Source of the DNA: an uncultured Verrucomicrobiae bacterium
GTDB lineage: Bacteria; Verrucomicrobiota; Verrucomicrobiia; Chthoniobacterales; Chthoniobacteraceae
Direction: 5' to 3'
NCBI GenBank assembly: GCA_963769025.1
Contig: CAVYKI010000012.1
Coordinates: forward strand, 512,001-576,000
Length of the DNA stretch: 64,000 bases
Positions 30,268-41,399 of the stretch are shown here, one piece after another (the stretch's first letter is position 1; every line of letters starts with the position of its first letter). The notes beneath the pieces were generated by a model, which worked only from the letters and a program-made list of their open reading frames with translations, made no database searches and was not told the DNA's origin. Both the position numbers and the translations under genes were made by a program.

Positions 30268-30286
30268 ATCGCCGGACAAGGGGCGC

Positions 30287-30368
30287 GGAATAAAGCAGCT
30301 GCACCCGGCGTCGTGAGTCCGAGTCCGTTGTGGGAAATGCGGAGAATAAAACGGCGTCCGTGCCGCTC
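30287..30368 (+). promoter_or_regulatory. Two tandem ECF promoter variants
   Basis: GGAATAA-N15-CGTC (30287) and AGAATAA-N15-GCTC (30343). Confidence 0.6.
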
Positions 30369-30377
30369 TGATGCTGC

Positions 30378-31129
30378 ATGAACCTCGATTCGATCTTCCG
30401 CCGATGCACTGCACTGGCTTTCGCTCTGCTCCTCACTTCGTGCGCCAACGCGGCCGATCTTCCCGTGGCCGGGAACGCTGTATCGAAGGAATACGCGGGG
30501 TTGCTCAAGACTTACGTCACAGCGGGTGGGGTGCGCTATGCGGCGTGGAAGCAGAACGCTGCGGACCTGGCCGCGCTTAAAAGCGTGGCGGATTTTTATG
30601 CCGGCACGCTGCCGCCGAAGGATCGCGACGCCTCGCTGGCCTGGCACCTCAACGCCTACAATTCGTGGATTCTGCACAACATCCTCGCGAAGTATCCGAC
30701 CAAGGGGCCGCTCGTCGGGGAGCCGCTTTTTTTCACGGCAACCGGATCACCATCTCCGGGCGCAAGATGAGCTTCAACGACTTGGAGCAAAAGGTCATCC
30801 GCCCGACGTTCAAGGAACCGCGCGTGCATTTCGCGCTGAACTGCGCGAGCGCGAGCTGCCCGCCGCTCGCCTCGCGACCGTTCGATGCAGCGACGCTGAA
30901 CGACCAGCTCGACCAGCTCACACGCGCTTTCATGAACGTAAATCCGCGGGCCATTATAGGCAGTGGCGGAAGCATCGCGCTCTCGAAAATCTTCGACTGG
31001 TATAAGGACGACTTCGCCGCAGCGGGTGGCTCGGTGGCGTTCATCAACCGCTATCGCAAGGAACCGCTCCCGGCGGGTGCGAAGGTGAAGTTCATGGACT
31101 ACGACTGGTCGCTGAACGAAACGAAGTGA
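30378..31129 (+). CDS. DUF547 domain lipoprotein (frameshift in T7 run ~30730)
   Basis: LNAYN, LEQKVIR..EPRVHFALNCASASCPPL, SKIFDWY..DF, YDWSLN. Confidence 0.85.
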
Positions 31130-31146
31130 CGCCGGTTCGAGCAAAT

Positions 31147-31172
31147 GGAATAAATCGCCGCGCCAGCCGCTC
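31147..31172 (+). promoter_or_regulatory. ECF promoter motif (probable autoregulation)
   Basis: GGAATAA-N15-GCTC upstream of the sigma gene. Confidence 0.8.
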
Positions 31173-31186
31173 ACTTCGGCACGCAC

Positions 31187-31732
31187 ATGGATTTCGAAGC
31201 CATCGTCAGCCTCTATTACGAGGACCTTTACCGGTTTGCGTTCAGCCTCGCGCGCAACCGCGACGAGGCGTGCGACCTGACGCAGCAGACCTACGCCGTG
31301 TATGCGGAGAAGGGCGGACAGGTGCGCGAGCAGGCGAAGGTCAAGAGCTGGCTCTTCACCACGCTTTACCGCGAGTTCCTGCGGCTCCGCGAACGCGGAC
31401 GCCGCCTCGTGAGCATGGACGATGAGGAAACCAACGTGCCGGAGCAGATGGCCGCGTCGGACACCGAGCGGTCGGCGGAGCACGCCGGGCTGCTCGACAT
31501 CCTCGCAAGCCTCGACCAGGGGCACCGCGAAATTCTGACACTCTTTTACCTCCAGCAGCACGCTTACAAGGACATCGCCGGAATTCTCGAAGCGCCCATC
31601 GGCACGGTGATGTCGCGCCTTTCCCGAGCCAAGGAAGCGCTCCGCAAGAAACTCGACGCCGTCACCCAAGAAAAAGGAATAATTATCATCCCCATCGACT
31701 CGAATCAGAAACGCCCCGCGAAAAATGGATAA
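31187..31732 (+). CDS. ECF RNA polymerase sigma factor
   Basis: LYRFAFSL..EACDLTQ..KSWLF (region 2); YKDIA.IL..PIGTVMSRLSR (region 4). Confidence 0.92.
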   Translation: MDFEAIVSLYYEDLYRFAFSLARNRDEACDLTQQTYAVYAEKGGQVREQAKVKSWLFTTLYREFLRLRERGRRLVSMDDEETNVPEQMAASDTERSAEHAGLLDILASLDQGHREILTLFYLQQHAYKDIAGILEAPIGTVMSRLSRAKEALRKKLDAVTQEKGIIIIPIDSNQKRPAKNG

Positions 31733-32474
31733 CGACCGCGCCAAAATACTTCTCAGTGCCTACCGCTCCGACGGAGCGGATGCGAGCGACCCGGTTTTTG
31801 CCGAAGCGCTGGCGCAGGCGGAGCGCGACCCGGAGCTGACGCGCTGGTTTGCCGAGGAACGCGCGCTCGATGATCGGATGCACGCCGCGCTTCGTTCGGT
31901 CCGTCCGCCCGCGAATCTCAGGGACGCCCTGCTGCTCACGGCGAAGGTGAGCCGGATGCCTACGCCGCGCGCCTGGTGGACGCGCCCCGCGTGGCTCGCC
32001 ATCGCCGCGGCCATCGTGCTTTTCGCCGGGCTGGCCTTTGTTGCGCTGCGCCCGCATTCCACGCCTTTCACGATCGCCGGAGTGACTTCGGAAATCGGGC
32101 GTCTGCACCGCGCGGAGCGCATCTCGCTCGGCGCGATGACCAGCGACCCGGAGCAAATTCAGCGCTGGCTGAAAGAGCACGGTGGCCCGCACGATTTCAC
32201 CGCACCCACCGGGCTGACCAGCCAGATGCGCCTCGGCTGCCAGGTGCTCGACATCAACGGCAACAAAGTCTCGCTCGTTTGCTTCCAGATCGAAGGCGGG
32301 CAGTTGGTGCATCTGCTCGTCATGGATCGCCGCCGCCTCGCCGACCCGCCGGTCATCGGGAAACCGATCATGCTCCAGGAAGGTGAACTGGCCTTTGCCA
32401 CTTGGTCCGAGGGCGACCGCACCTACGTCCTGGCCAGCAAGATCGGAGCAGACGAGCTGCGCAAATTCCTGTGA
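31725..32474 (+). CDS. Membrane anti-sigma factor (DUF3379-like)
   Basis: Overlaps the sigma gene; helical N-terminus, one TM, periplasmic GC..SLVCF. Confidence 0.8.
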   Translation: MDNDRAKILLSAYRSDGADASDPVFAEALAQAERDPELTRWFAEERALDDRMHAALRSVRPPANLRDALLLTAKVSRMPTPRAWWTRPAWLAIAAAIVLFAGLAFVALRPHSTPFTIAGVTSEIGRLHRAERISLGAMTSDPEQIQRWLKEHGGPHDFTAPTGLTSQMRLGCQVLDINGNKVSLVCFQIEGGQLVHLLVMDRRRLADPPVIGKPIMLQEGELAFATWSEGDRTYVLASKIGADELRKFL

Positions 32475-32524
32475 CGCCCGGCTGGCGGGAGCGAAGGCGC
32501 GCATTTCACTCCAAGTAGCGGGAC

Positions 32525-32550
32525 GGAATAAACCCCCGCGCCGTTTGCTC
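32525..32550 (+). promoter_or_regulatory. ECF promoter motif
   Basis: GGAATAA-N15-GCTC, 9 bp from the ATG. Confidence 0.75.
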
Positions 32551-32559
32551 GGATGACCG

Positions 32560-34098
32560 ATGCTCGCGGACTTCGCTGCCGCCGTCGGCACTTTTGCCGG
32601 CGGCCTCTATCTCATCGCCTCACTCCTGCTCGTGGCCTACGTGGCCAATGGCTACGTGCTGCTCGCGCGCTGTCTGTGGACGCGCGGGCGCTCGGAGCGC
32701 GAGCGGCGGAGGCTGTTCGCGGAAGGCGCGAAAATGCTGGTGCTTGGCCGTGGCGAAGGCACGGCGATTGTGACGCAGATTCCGCTCTACAACGAGGCGA
32801 CCGTCGCCGGGCGCATCATCCGCGCGGCGGCGGCGATGGAGTGGCCGCACGGACGGCACACGGTGCAGGTCCTCGACGATTCGACGGACGAAACACGCGG
32901 CATCGTGGATGCGGTGGCTGCGCAGTTGCGCGCGGAGGGCGCGGATGTCGTGGTGGTGCGCCGCGCGGATCGTGCGGGCTTCAAGGCCGGCGCGCTCGCC
33001 CACGGGATGACGCTGTGCGAGGCGGAGTTCATCGCAATTTTCGACAGCGACTTCGTGCCGCCGCCGGACTTTCTGCTGCGTGCCGTGCCCGCGCTCGTCG
33101 CCGACCCGAAGCTCGGCTGGGCGCAGGGCCGCTGGACTCATCTCAACGCCGACGACAACGTGCTGACTCGCGCGCAAGCGGCGGGCATCGACGCGCACTT
33201 CATCATCGAGCAACAGGCGCGCGCCGCGGGCTGGTTCATGAATTTCAACGGCACCGGCGGAGTCTGGCGTCGCCGCGCGATCGAGGACGCCGGCGGCTGG
33301 AGCGACGCGACGCTGACCGAAGACCTCGACCTTTCCTACCGCGCGCAACTCCGCGGCTGGCGCGGCCTCTTTCTCCCGGAAGTCGCCGTGCCGGGCGAAG
33401 TGCCCGCCGACGCGGCGGCGTTCAAGTGCCAGCAATTCCGCTGGGCGAAAGGCTCGCTGCAAACGGCCCTGCGGCTGCTCCCCGCCGTGCTGCGCTCGGA
33501 GCGTCCGATCGTGAAGAAAATCCAGGCCGTCTTTCATCTCACGAATTACCTCATGCACCCGCTGCTCGTCCTGCTCGTGCTGATGACGCCGTGGATGGCG
33601 CTCGCCTCGCCCACGCGCGGTGCGCTTTTCGCGTCGAGCGGATGGGCGGTGTTCGTCGCCGCCACGGTGTCCGGCTTCACCTACCTCTGCGGTCAGGCGA
33701 TGCTCGGTCATCCGTGGCGCGTCGCCTTTGCGCGGCTCAACAGCCTGCTCGCCGCCGGCACCGGACCAGCGCTCACGAACGTGCGCGCGGCAATCGAGGC
33801 TCTCGTCGGCCACCGCAGCGAATTCGTGCGCACGCCAAAACAAGGCGGCTTCAAAGCGCACCGCTACCGCGCCCGCGCCATCACGCCGCCGTGGCTCGAT
33901 GCTGCGTTTGGAATTTACGCCATCGCGTCCGTCATCATCTGCATCGCGCAAGGCTGGCTGGCCGCCGTGCCGATGCTCATTTTCGCCGCCAGCGGCAGCC
34001 TGTGCATGGTGCTGAAAGGCGACGCCACTTCGCCCGAGCCTCGCGTGCATTCGGAAGGGCGAACCGTTGCAGAAATGGATGCGGCCGTCGAAGTCTGA
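32560..34098 (+). CDS. Processive GT2 (cellulose synthase/CslA-like) glycosyltransferase
   Basis: QIPLYNE, DDSTD, GFKAGAL, FDSD, TEDLD, QQFRWAKG. Confidence 0.9.
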   Translation: MLADFAAAVGTFAGGLYLIASLLLVAYVANGYVLLARCLWTRGRSERERRRLFAEGAKMLVLGRGEGTAIVTQIPLYNEATVAGRIIRAAAAMEWPHGRHTVQVLDDSTDETRGIVDAVAAQLRAEGADVVVVRRADRAGFKAGALAHGMTLCEAEFIAIFDSDFVPPPDFLLRAVPALVADPKLGWAQGRWTHLNADDNVLTRAQAAGIDAHFIIEQQARAAGWFMNFNGTGGVWRRRAIEDAGGWSDATLTEDLDLSYRAQLRGWRGLFLPEVAVPGEVPADAAAFKCQQFRWAKGSLQTALRLLPAVLRSERPIVKKIQAVFHLTNYLMHPLLVLLVLMTPWMALASPTRGALFASSGWAVFVAATVSGFTYLCGQAMLGHPWRVAFARLNSLLAAGTGPALTNVRAAIEALVGHRSEFVRTPKQGGFKAHRYRARAITPPWLDAAFGIYAIASVIICIAQGWLAAVPMLIFAASGSLCMVLKGDATSPEPRVHSEGRTVAEMDAAVEV

Positions 34099-34147
34099 GT
34101 TGTCCGATACTTTCTACTGCGAATATGACGACCAACACTGAAGCTCC

Positions 34148-34750
34148 ATGATGAAAACAATCCTGCTCACCGCGCTGTCGCTCTTCACTGCGACCTCACT
34201 TCTTGCCGAAAACCCCGCCGCAGGCCTGGCGGTCGGCGCGACCATCCCGGACGTCACGCTCCGCACCGACAAGGACAAGGCATTCAACCTGCGCCGGGAG
34301 GTGGCTGAGAAACCGGCGGTGCTCATTTTCTATCGCGGCGGATGGTGTCCATTCTGCACGCGGCATCTCTCGGCGCTCGCGAGCATCGAGAAGGATCTCA
34401 CCGCCGCCGGGTTTCAGCTCCTCGCAATCAGCACGGACGCGCCGGCGAAGCTGCGCGAAAAGCCCGACTATCAGGCGCTGACCTACACGCTGCTATCCGA
34501 CAGCACGATGGATGCGGCCAAGGCGTTTGGCATTGCCTTCAAAGTGACCGATGACGTGCTCGCCAAATACAAGGGCTTCGGCATCGATCTCGAAGCCGCC
34601 TCGGGCCAGACGCATCATCTCCTGCCGCATCCCGCCGTCTTCGTCGTCGATCAGGCGGGCATCATCCGCTTCGCGCATGTGAACCCCGATTACAAATCGC
34701 GGCTCGACCCCGCGAAAATCCTCGAAGCCGCGCGCGACGCAAAGCCGTGA
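34148..34750 (+). CDS. Secreted peroxiredoxin-like (AhpC/TSA) protein
   Basis: Signal peptide; FYRGGWCPFC. Confidence 0.85.
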   Translation: MMKTILLTALSLFTATSLLAENPAAGLAVGATIPDVTLRTDKDKAFNLRREVAEKPAVLIFYRGGWCPFCTRHLSALASIEKDLTAAGFQLLAISTDAPAKLREKPDYQALTYTLLSDSTMDAAKAFGIAFKVTDDVLAKYKGFGIDLEAASGQTHHLLPHPAVFVVDQAGIIRFAHVNPDYKSRLDPAKILEAARDAKP

Positions 34751-34775
34751 GTCGCCGCGTCTGCTCGACCGGCCC

Positions 34776-35185
34776 ATGCTCGCCCGCGCACTCAAAGTCC
34801 CGCTCATCGTCGGCACGCTGTTGAATCTCATCAACAGCGGCGACGCGCTCCTCGCCGGGCACCTGCCGCCAAGCGCGTCGCCGAGCTCATCGACCAGGGC
34901 GAACTCACCGCCACTGCCAACGACAACCTCAGCCCGATCAACGCCGAGAACATCCTCGAAGGCCACCGCCGCCTCGAATCTGGCAGAAGCATCGGCAAGC
35001 TCACCATCTCAGGGTGGAAATGAGCCCGATCTCTGACAAACCAAACAACGACCACTATGACCGCACTAACACTAACCATCGTCGCCAACATCAAGGCCGA
35101 CTCGGACAAGATCGATTTTGTGAAAGCAGAACTGCTCAAGCTTATCGATGTCACCCCCGCCGAAAAGGGCTGCATCAATCGCTCC
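34776..35185 (+). pseudogene. Three fused fragments: NrtS-like N-terminus, Zn-alcohol-dehydrogenase-family C-terminus, ABM monooxygenase N-terminus
   Basis: ALKV..IVGTLLNLINSGD; SPINAENI..HRRLESGRSIGKL; LTIVANIKA...AEKGCIN. Confidence 0.55.
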
Positions 35186-35206
35186 GCGCGCCATCCCTAT
35201 TCCACC

Positions 35207-36564
35207 ATGAATCTTCTTTCGATCACCGCTGCCTTTCTTGCCCTGTGTCTCTCAATCCGCGCCGAGGAGACCGCCGCGACGAAGCTGCTCAAGGAGCGCT
35301 CGAAGGCGCTGCTCCCCACCGTCACGCAGGTTTCCAAGTCGGTGTATTGCGCTTCCGGCTACAGCCCGGCGAATATCTCCATGATCGTCGGAACCAATGG
35401 CATCGTGATTGTGGATACCGGGATGTTTCCCGATGACGCGCGAGCGGTGATGAAGGAGTTCCGCAAGGTCACTCAATTGCCGGTCACAGGAGTCATCCTT
35501 ACCCACGGTCACGGCGATCATACGGGCGGTTTGAGTGCGTTTATGGAGGCCGGCCCGAACGGATCGAAGCCAGCCGTCTATGGTCGCTCGCCTTTCAATA
35601 CGGAGGGCGACGCGTTCAAGGCGGCGGGACTGACGATCAACGGCATCCGCGGGGCTCGGCAGGGAGGCTTCCTGCTGCCGCCGGAGAAGCGCATCAACAA
35701 CGGAATCGCCGCGGCGTCTATCCTCCGAAGGATCGGAACGCTTTCGACAGCGGCGCCGCCCAGCCGACCGATACGTTTGGCGACGGACGGAAGAAGATCG
35801 CGGTGGCAGGCTTGGAATTGGAGTTGGTCGCGGCACCCGGCGAGACTTCCGATGAGCTTTACGTGTGGTTTCCGGCGGAGCGAGTCGTCTTTACCGGCGA
35901 CAACTTCTATCGCTCATGGCCGAACATCTATGCCATCCGGGGCGCCGCCTATCGCGATGTGCTCGAGTGGATTCACAGCCTCGAGATGATGCTCGCCGAA
36001 AAACCGGCGCACGCCGTCCCGGGACATACCCTCCCCGTGGTCGGCGAGGCGGAGACGATGGAGGTGCTGGGGAACTACCGCAAAGCCATTCGCTACGTCT
36101 TCGACGCCACGATTGCCGGGATGAACAAAGGAATGACGCCCGACGAACTGGTGCACACGGTGAAACTGCCCCCGGAACTCGCGTCGCAGGATTACCTCCG
36201 CGAATTCTACGGGAACGTCGAGTGGGCGGTCCGGTCCATCTTCGCGGGAACTCTGGGATGGTTCGACGGCAATCCGACGCATCTCTTTTCGCTCCCACCA
36301 GCGGAGGAGGCAAAGCGCATGGCTGAACTCGCGGGCGGTGTTGAGCAACTCCAGGCTCGTGCGCGCAAGGCTCTGGAGGCGGGTGACGCCCAGTGGTGCG
36401 CGCAGTTGTGCGACCATCTCATCGCGCTGGACCCGAAATCGAAGGTGCCGAAATTACTAAAGGCAGATGCGCTCGAAGTGCTCGCGGAACATTTACTGAC
36501 TGCCACCGGCCGGAACTACTACCTTACCGTTGCGCAACAGCTTCGTGCCGACGCTGGCAAATAG
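35207..36564 (+). CDS. Alkyl/aryl-sulfatase (SdsA1-like MBL fold), frameshift ~35715
   Basis: THGHGDHTGG, APGET, GDNFY..PNIYAIRG, PGH, GWFDGNP, RNYYL. Confidence 0.85.
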
Positions 36565-36779
36565 GAGCCTCATTCTCGTTCTCGCCGCCGCCCGCCGGCG
36601 TTTTGCCCGGCACTACGTTCCGGACGACGACGTGCTGCTCGTGTGTGCGCGCTTTTTCTAAGCCTGCGAAGTTCGTGCGCCAGCCGCCACGATCACGCCG
36701 GCTTGGATCAGCTCGCGCTGGCGAACTGTGGATCGAGCGGTGTGTGGGCGATGTAGTTGGTGTAGTTCGACATCGTTTT

Positions 36780-36932
36780 GATCCCGACGTGCAGGCGGAG
36801 GAGGAGCGCTGCTTCGGCCGGCACCAGACTGCGGATGCGCCGCAGAAACGCGATGCGTTCACCCCGGACGAAACCGCCTACATCGCTGCGCGCGACAGCT
36901 TCTACATGGCCGCGAAGAACAGCAACGGCTGA
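36780..36932 (+). pseudogene. Pyridoxamine-5'-phosphate-oxidase-like N-terminal fragment
   Basis: FTPDETAYIAARDSFYMA. Confidence 0.45.
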
Positions 36933-36950
36933 GCCTACAACTGAGGCGGA

Positions 36951-38457
36951 TCAGCCGTTCGTCTCAATGGGTTTGTGGTGGTCTGCATGGGTCTTCACAT
37001 GGGATGTCGATGAAAGTGCGCTCAACAAAACAGCGCGAATGGTTTCTTCCGCATTGGCGTGGGCCAGCACGCTCACTTGATCCCAACCACACAGTTGGGT
37101 GGAGCCCTTGGGAACCAGCAGGTCTTTTCCCCGTGTGATCAAGGTAATTACCGAACCGGGGGGAAGCTTCAATTCGGCGATTGTCAGTCCAATCAGACTT
37201 TGAGGGCCGGGAAGTTCGACTACGATAATATCCAAGTCAGTTGCGGCCATGGTAACGAGTTCCAGCTTGAACAGGGGATTTGGACGCGCGGGAACGGTCA
37301 GGTTGAGGCAGCGTGCCAAGGCTCCCAGTCGTGCTTCCCTGCACCGCGACCGACAGGAGAACCGCGAAAAACACCAGATTGAATATCTCTTCTCCCACGG
37401 CAATGCCGGCCGCCATGGGATAGGTGGCCAGGACGATCGGCACCGCACCCCGGAGCCCCGCCCAGGAGATGAAGACCTTGTTTTTCCACCCTAAACGCAT
37501 CCCAACTGTGGCGAGCCATACCGCGAAGGGGCGAGCCACAAAGGTCAACACCAGGAAGAGCAGAATGCCTTCAAACCAAATGCCCGCCCATTGACGGGGA
37601 AAAACCTGAAGGCCCAGCAGGACGAACATGCCGATGTTGGCCATGGTGGAAAGGGCAGAAGAAAAATTCGCCACGCCCTGCTTGTGCACAAAGGAACGGT
37701 TGCCCATCACATAGCCGGCAATAAAGACCGCCAGCATTCCGCTGGATCCGATCAGTTGGGCCAGACCATAGACCAGGAGGACGATTGCCAGGGTGAGCAC
37801 GTAGTAGTGGCCGCGGTCCTGGGGTGTCAGGCAATTGAACAACCACAGGGCTCCGCGAGCCATCAGCCAGCCCAGCAAGGGCGCTGCTCCAAATTGCCAG
37901 AGAAAGGTCATGGCCATGACCGGCAGGGCTGGGCGACCGACGGTGAGTGCCTCCACCACGGCCACGGTGAGCAGGATCGCCATCGGATCGTTGGCGGCGC
38001 TTTCGATTTCGACCGTGGATGACAGTTTCTTCGACAAGGATTGCCGCCGTAGAATTGAGAAGATCGCCGCCGCGTCCGTGGAAGAGACGATGACTGCCAG
38101 CAAGATGGCCTTGTCGAACGCCCAGCCGAAAATCCCATACAGCACACCGAAGGTCGCCGCCGCAGTCAGGGCGACGCCCCAGGTGGCCAGCCCCCCGGCG
38201 GGCAACGCCACTTCCTTGAAGTCAGACCGCTTGGTGGAGAAGCCCCCGTAAAACAGAATGAAAACCAGGGCCAGGTTTGCGACCCGGTTGGTGAGGTCAA
38301 TGTCGTCAAAGTGCCAGAGATTCAAAACGTCGCTGCCGAAACAAATCCCGGCGCCAAGCGCGATCAGGATGACCGGGACACTCCAGCGGTCCAGCCACAC
38401 TGCGGCCAGGACAACGGCAATCAGGATAACTGGCCCAACAATATAGACAACGTCCAT
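36951..38457 (-). CDS. cvrA: K+/H+ antiporter (NhaP2/CvrA) with TrkA-C domain, frameshift ~37330
   Basis: SSTDAAAIF, ESAANDPMA, WAGLRGAVPIVLA, C-terminal VPKGST. Confidence 0.88.
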
Positions 38458-38519
38458 GGGTCTTCTTTAGCTGCTGCGATTCATACTCTTTGAGGATACC
38501 CGCTCTGCCGCGTCAGGCA

Positions 38520-38690
38520 TCACGCTTCTCCGACAATGCAACGCGCACCTCGCTTGTAGGTGCGATACGCATAATTCGAGGCGGAGCGCCCGGCCTTTGG
38601 CAGCAGCCCGACCCGCTCGTAATAATGTATCGTCTGCACGCCCACGCCGGCGTGCGCCGCCAGTTCGCTAACCTTCAAGAGAGATTCGAT
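38520..38690 (-). pseudogene. MerR-family HTH fragment
   Basis: VSELA..AGVGVQTIHYYERVGLLP..RSASNY. Confidence 0.65.
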
Positions 38691-40102
38691 CCTCGCTTGG
38701 GCGCGAGCAGGAGTTGGTAGAGCATGTTGTCGGCGAAGGTCGGATCTTTGGTGAGGCCGAGGTGATTCTGCTGAAGGAAGGTGACGCTCGTCCATGGAAT
38801 CGGAGACCGGATGGTGAGCTGCTGTTGATCGGCGCGACGCGTGTCGAAGAGCGCGCTGGATCGCAGCACCACGCCGTCGCCGGGCGCGTAGGTGTTGTCC
38901 CGAAGCGCTCCGTCGCGCGCGATGGACATGGCGGAGACGGTGGGCACTCCGTCGCCGGCGTAGAGGTGGAGGTAAAGACCGGAAGGAAGCTGGTGCGGGC
39001 GCTTCAGGGCTGCTCGAAAGGCCCGGCCTCGCGCCAGACCCTTGCGCAGATGCGCGGTGGCGATGGCGGCGCGACGGGCCGGGTCCGGTTCATCGGGGAT
39101 AAGCTCGGCGAGCACCGGGGCCGACGACGCGGAGGCGAGGCCCCAGCCTCGCCGCTCCCACTCGGAGGGGTCGAGGTAGTCGATCCGCTGGCCGGTTTTT
39201 TCATCCACGACAGTCTGGATTTCCGGGTCCGGCAGGAGTTGATAAATGGACGGCATCGTCCCGAGCACCGCGGCGGAGTAACGGGGCAGAATGGACGCGG
39301 GCCGATAGCCGCCGATGAGTTCCTTGAGGGTCTCAACCGAACCGCCGTTCGGCGTGCCGATGAGCAGCACTTTGTTCACGTTTCGCGCTCCGGCCCAGGT
39401 CAGCGCGGGCAGTTCGCCATTGGGGCCGGGCTCGGCTTTTCCATACATGAGCATGTAGCGCGTGAGCAGTCCGCCCATCGAGTGCGCGACGATGTCGAAT
39501 TTCACCGGTGCTCCGCTGCGTCCGAATCGTCGCAGATTTTCGGCTTCGACCGCGCGGCGCTTTTCCTCGATGAAATCGTAAAGTCGGCGCGCGTTCTCGA
39601 TGTTGTCGCGCCGCCAGTCGTAGGCGAATTGGAAGCAGGTGAAATGCACGCTGCCGTAGTCCACTTTCCGGAAGCTCGCATCGAGGTATCCGCCGGCTCC
39701 CAGCGTGCCGAGCAGCGCAGCGTAGGCGGACAAATTCACGGGAAGTCCGAGCACTCGGAGCCGCACGGAATCCAGCGCGCCCGTGGCTTTCACCTCATCC
39801 CGGAGGTCGGCAAATCGGGTGTCTCCCATCGGCAACGCGACGAGTCTGGCTCCGTCGGCGCGGCCCGGATTCGCACTGCCGCCGCCAAACGCTCCCCAGA
39901 CGATTCGTCCGCTTGCGGAATCCTCCAGGCGCGAGCCGAGGATGCCGGGAATGACGATGACCGGATTTGTCTCCGGCGTGTGATGGGAGGCGCTGCGGCT
40001 GTAGATGCCGCCGAGGTCCGGCATCGGCACGGATGCGCAGCCGCCGAGCACCAAAGCGGCAAGCGTTCCGATCCAATGGGGGCCAGTGTGATTGGCTCTC
40101 AT
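38675..40102 (-). CDS. Lipoprotein lipase/acyltransferase (LCAT-like alpha/beta hydrolase)
   Basis: LGGC lipobox, IPGILGS, YDWRRD, AHSMGG, GTPNGGS, GDGVV. Confidence 0.85.
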   Translation of the reverse strand: MRANHTGPHWIGTLAALVLGGCASVPMPDLGGIYSRSASHHTPETNPVIVIPGILGSRLEDSASGRIVWGAFGGGSANPGRADGARLVALPMGDTRFADLRDEVKATGALDSVRLRVLGLPVNLSAYAALLGTLGAGGYLDASFRKVDYGSVHFTCFQFAYDWRRDNIENARRLYDFIEEKRRAVEAENLRRFGRSGAPVKFDIVAHSMGGLLTRYMLMYGKAEPGPNGELPALTWAGARNVNKVLLIGTPNGGSVETLKELIGGYRPASILPRYSAAVLGTMPSIYQLLPDPEIQTVVDEKTGQRIDYLDPSEWERRGWGLASASSAPVLAELIPDEPDPARRAAIATAHLRKGLARGRAFRAALKRPHQLPSGLYLHLYAGDGVPTVSAMSIARDGALRDNTYAPGDGVVLRSSALFDTRRADQQQLTIRSPIPWTSVTFLQQNHLGLTKDPTFADNMLYQLLLAPKRGSNLS

Positions 40103-40218
40103 GCGTGCGCCGCAAGCAGATTCATCCGGCGCTGTGATGGGTTTCAATCCGGGGACTTTCATGGCAAACAGGTCGCTGTCGTGTCCTTCGTATTCATGGT
40201 GTTCGATTGGCAAGGTTG

Positions 40219-41390
40219 TCAGATCACTCCGGGCCGGCGCTGCATGGCGTGTTGCCGTATTGCTGGCGGTAGCCTTCGAGAAACCGCCGGTCGATCGTGT
40301 CCTTCAGCCACATGCTGGAGCGACCGTGCCACCAGAACGGCCCCCAGGTCGCCAGCCCGGTGCCGTCGCCGAGATTGAGGATGGCGAGATAGCGTTTCTG
40401 GGGCGTGTAGTTGGGTGAGCGGTTTGCCGTCGAGGCTGGCGAGCAGGTTGGCGTGGATGTGGCGGGCCTGGCGCACTCCGAAGACGCCCAGCTTGGGCAG
40501 ATCGAATCCTTCCATGCGGCGCAGTCACCGCCCGCAAACACCCGCTCGTCGGCGATCGAGTGGAGGCTCGCGGTGACCCGCAGACCTTGTCCGGGAAGCG
40601 TCGGCAAGCCGATCTTCTCCACGAGCGGATTGGCTTCGAGCCCGGTGGCAAGGACGACAAGATCGGCAACGATGCGGCTGCCGTCTTCGGCGATGAGCGC
40701 CTCCCGCTCTCGCGGACGATCCGCGTGTTTGCAGGCGGATGTTCACACCGGCGCTCGCGAGGGTGCGCTGCAGCGAGCGGGCCGCGCCGGACGGAGCCTG
40801 CTGGATCAATCGGTCGCCGGGCGTGATCAAGGTCACGGGCATGCGTGACGGAATAAGCGGGCGGCCAGTGCGGCGAGATTTGCCGCAACCTCGGAGCCGG
40901 TCGGTCCGCCGCCAATCACCGCCACGCGCGGCGTTTCGCCTGCGCGAAAGCGCGCCTCCAGATGCTCGCGGAGCTTCCACAGATTGCTGATCGGCTTGAC
41001 CGGCCACACGCTCGGGATCATTCGCCGCGCCGGGGATGGCGTCCACATTCACGCGACTGCCGACATTGAGCGACAGATAGTCGTAGGCCAGCTCGCCGCC
41101 GCCCGCCAGGCGCAGCCGTCGTGCGGTGGGTTCCAGATTTCCTCGACCCGGTCCTGGATAAATTCGCCGCCGTGCGCCTCGATCAACGCCCGCGGGTTCA
41201 CCTGATCCTCGGCGGGCTCGTAGCTGCCGCCCAGCATTCCGGTCGCCAGACCTGAATACCAAAATTCCGACGGATCGATCAGGATCACTCGCGCCCCGCG
41301 CTCGACAAACTCTTCGGCCCGCGCCGCCACATGCAAATGGACGTGGCCCGCGCCGACGAGAAAGACGGTTCGAGGCGTGCCGGGCTTCAT
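40219..41390 (-). CDS. FAD-dependent pyridine nucleotide-disulfide oxidoreductase (SelD-N/NDH-2-like), frameshifted
   Basis: LVGAGHVH, YSG, YDYLSLNVGS, VKPI, IGGGPTGSE, FAGGDC, WLKDTIDRRF. Confidence 0.78.
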
Positions 41391-41399
41391 CAACATCGG

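Noticed and set aside
40849..40874. Extra GGAATAA ECF site
   Set aside because: Inside a CDS, antisense, and no GCTC at +15
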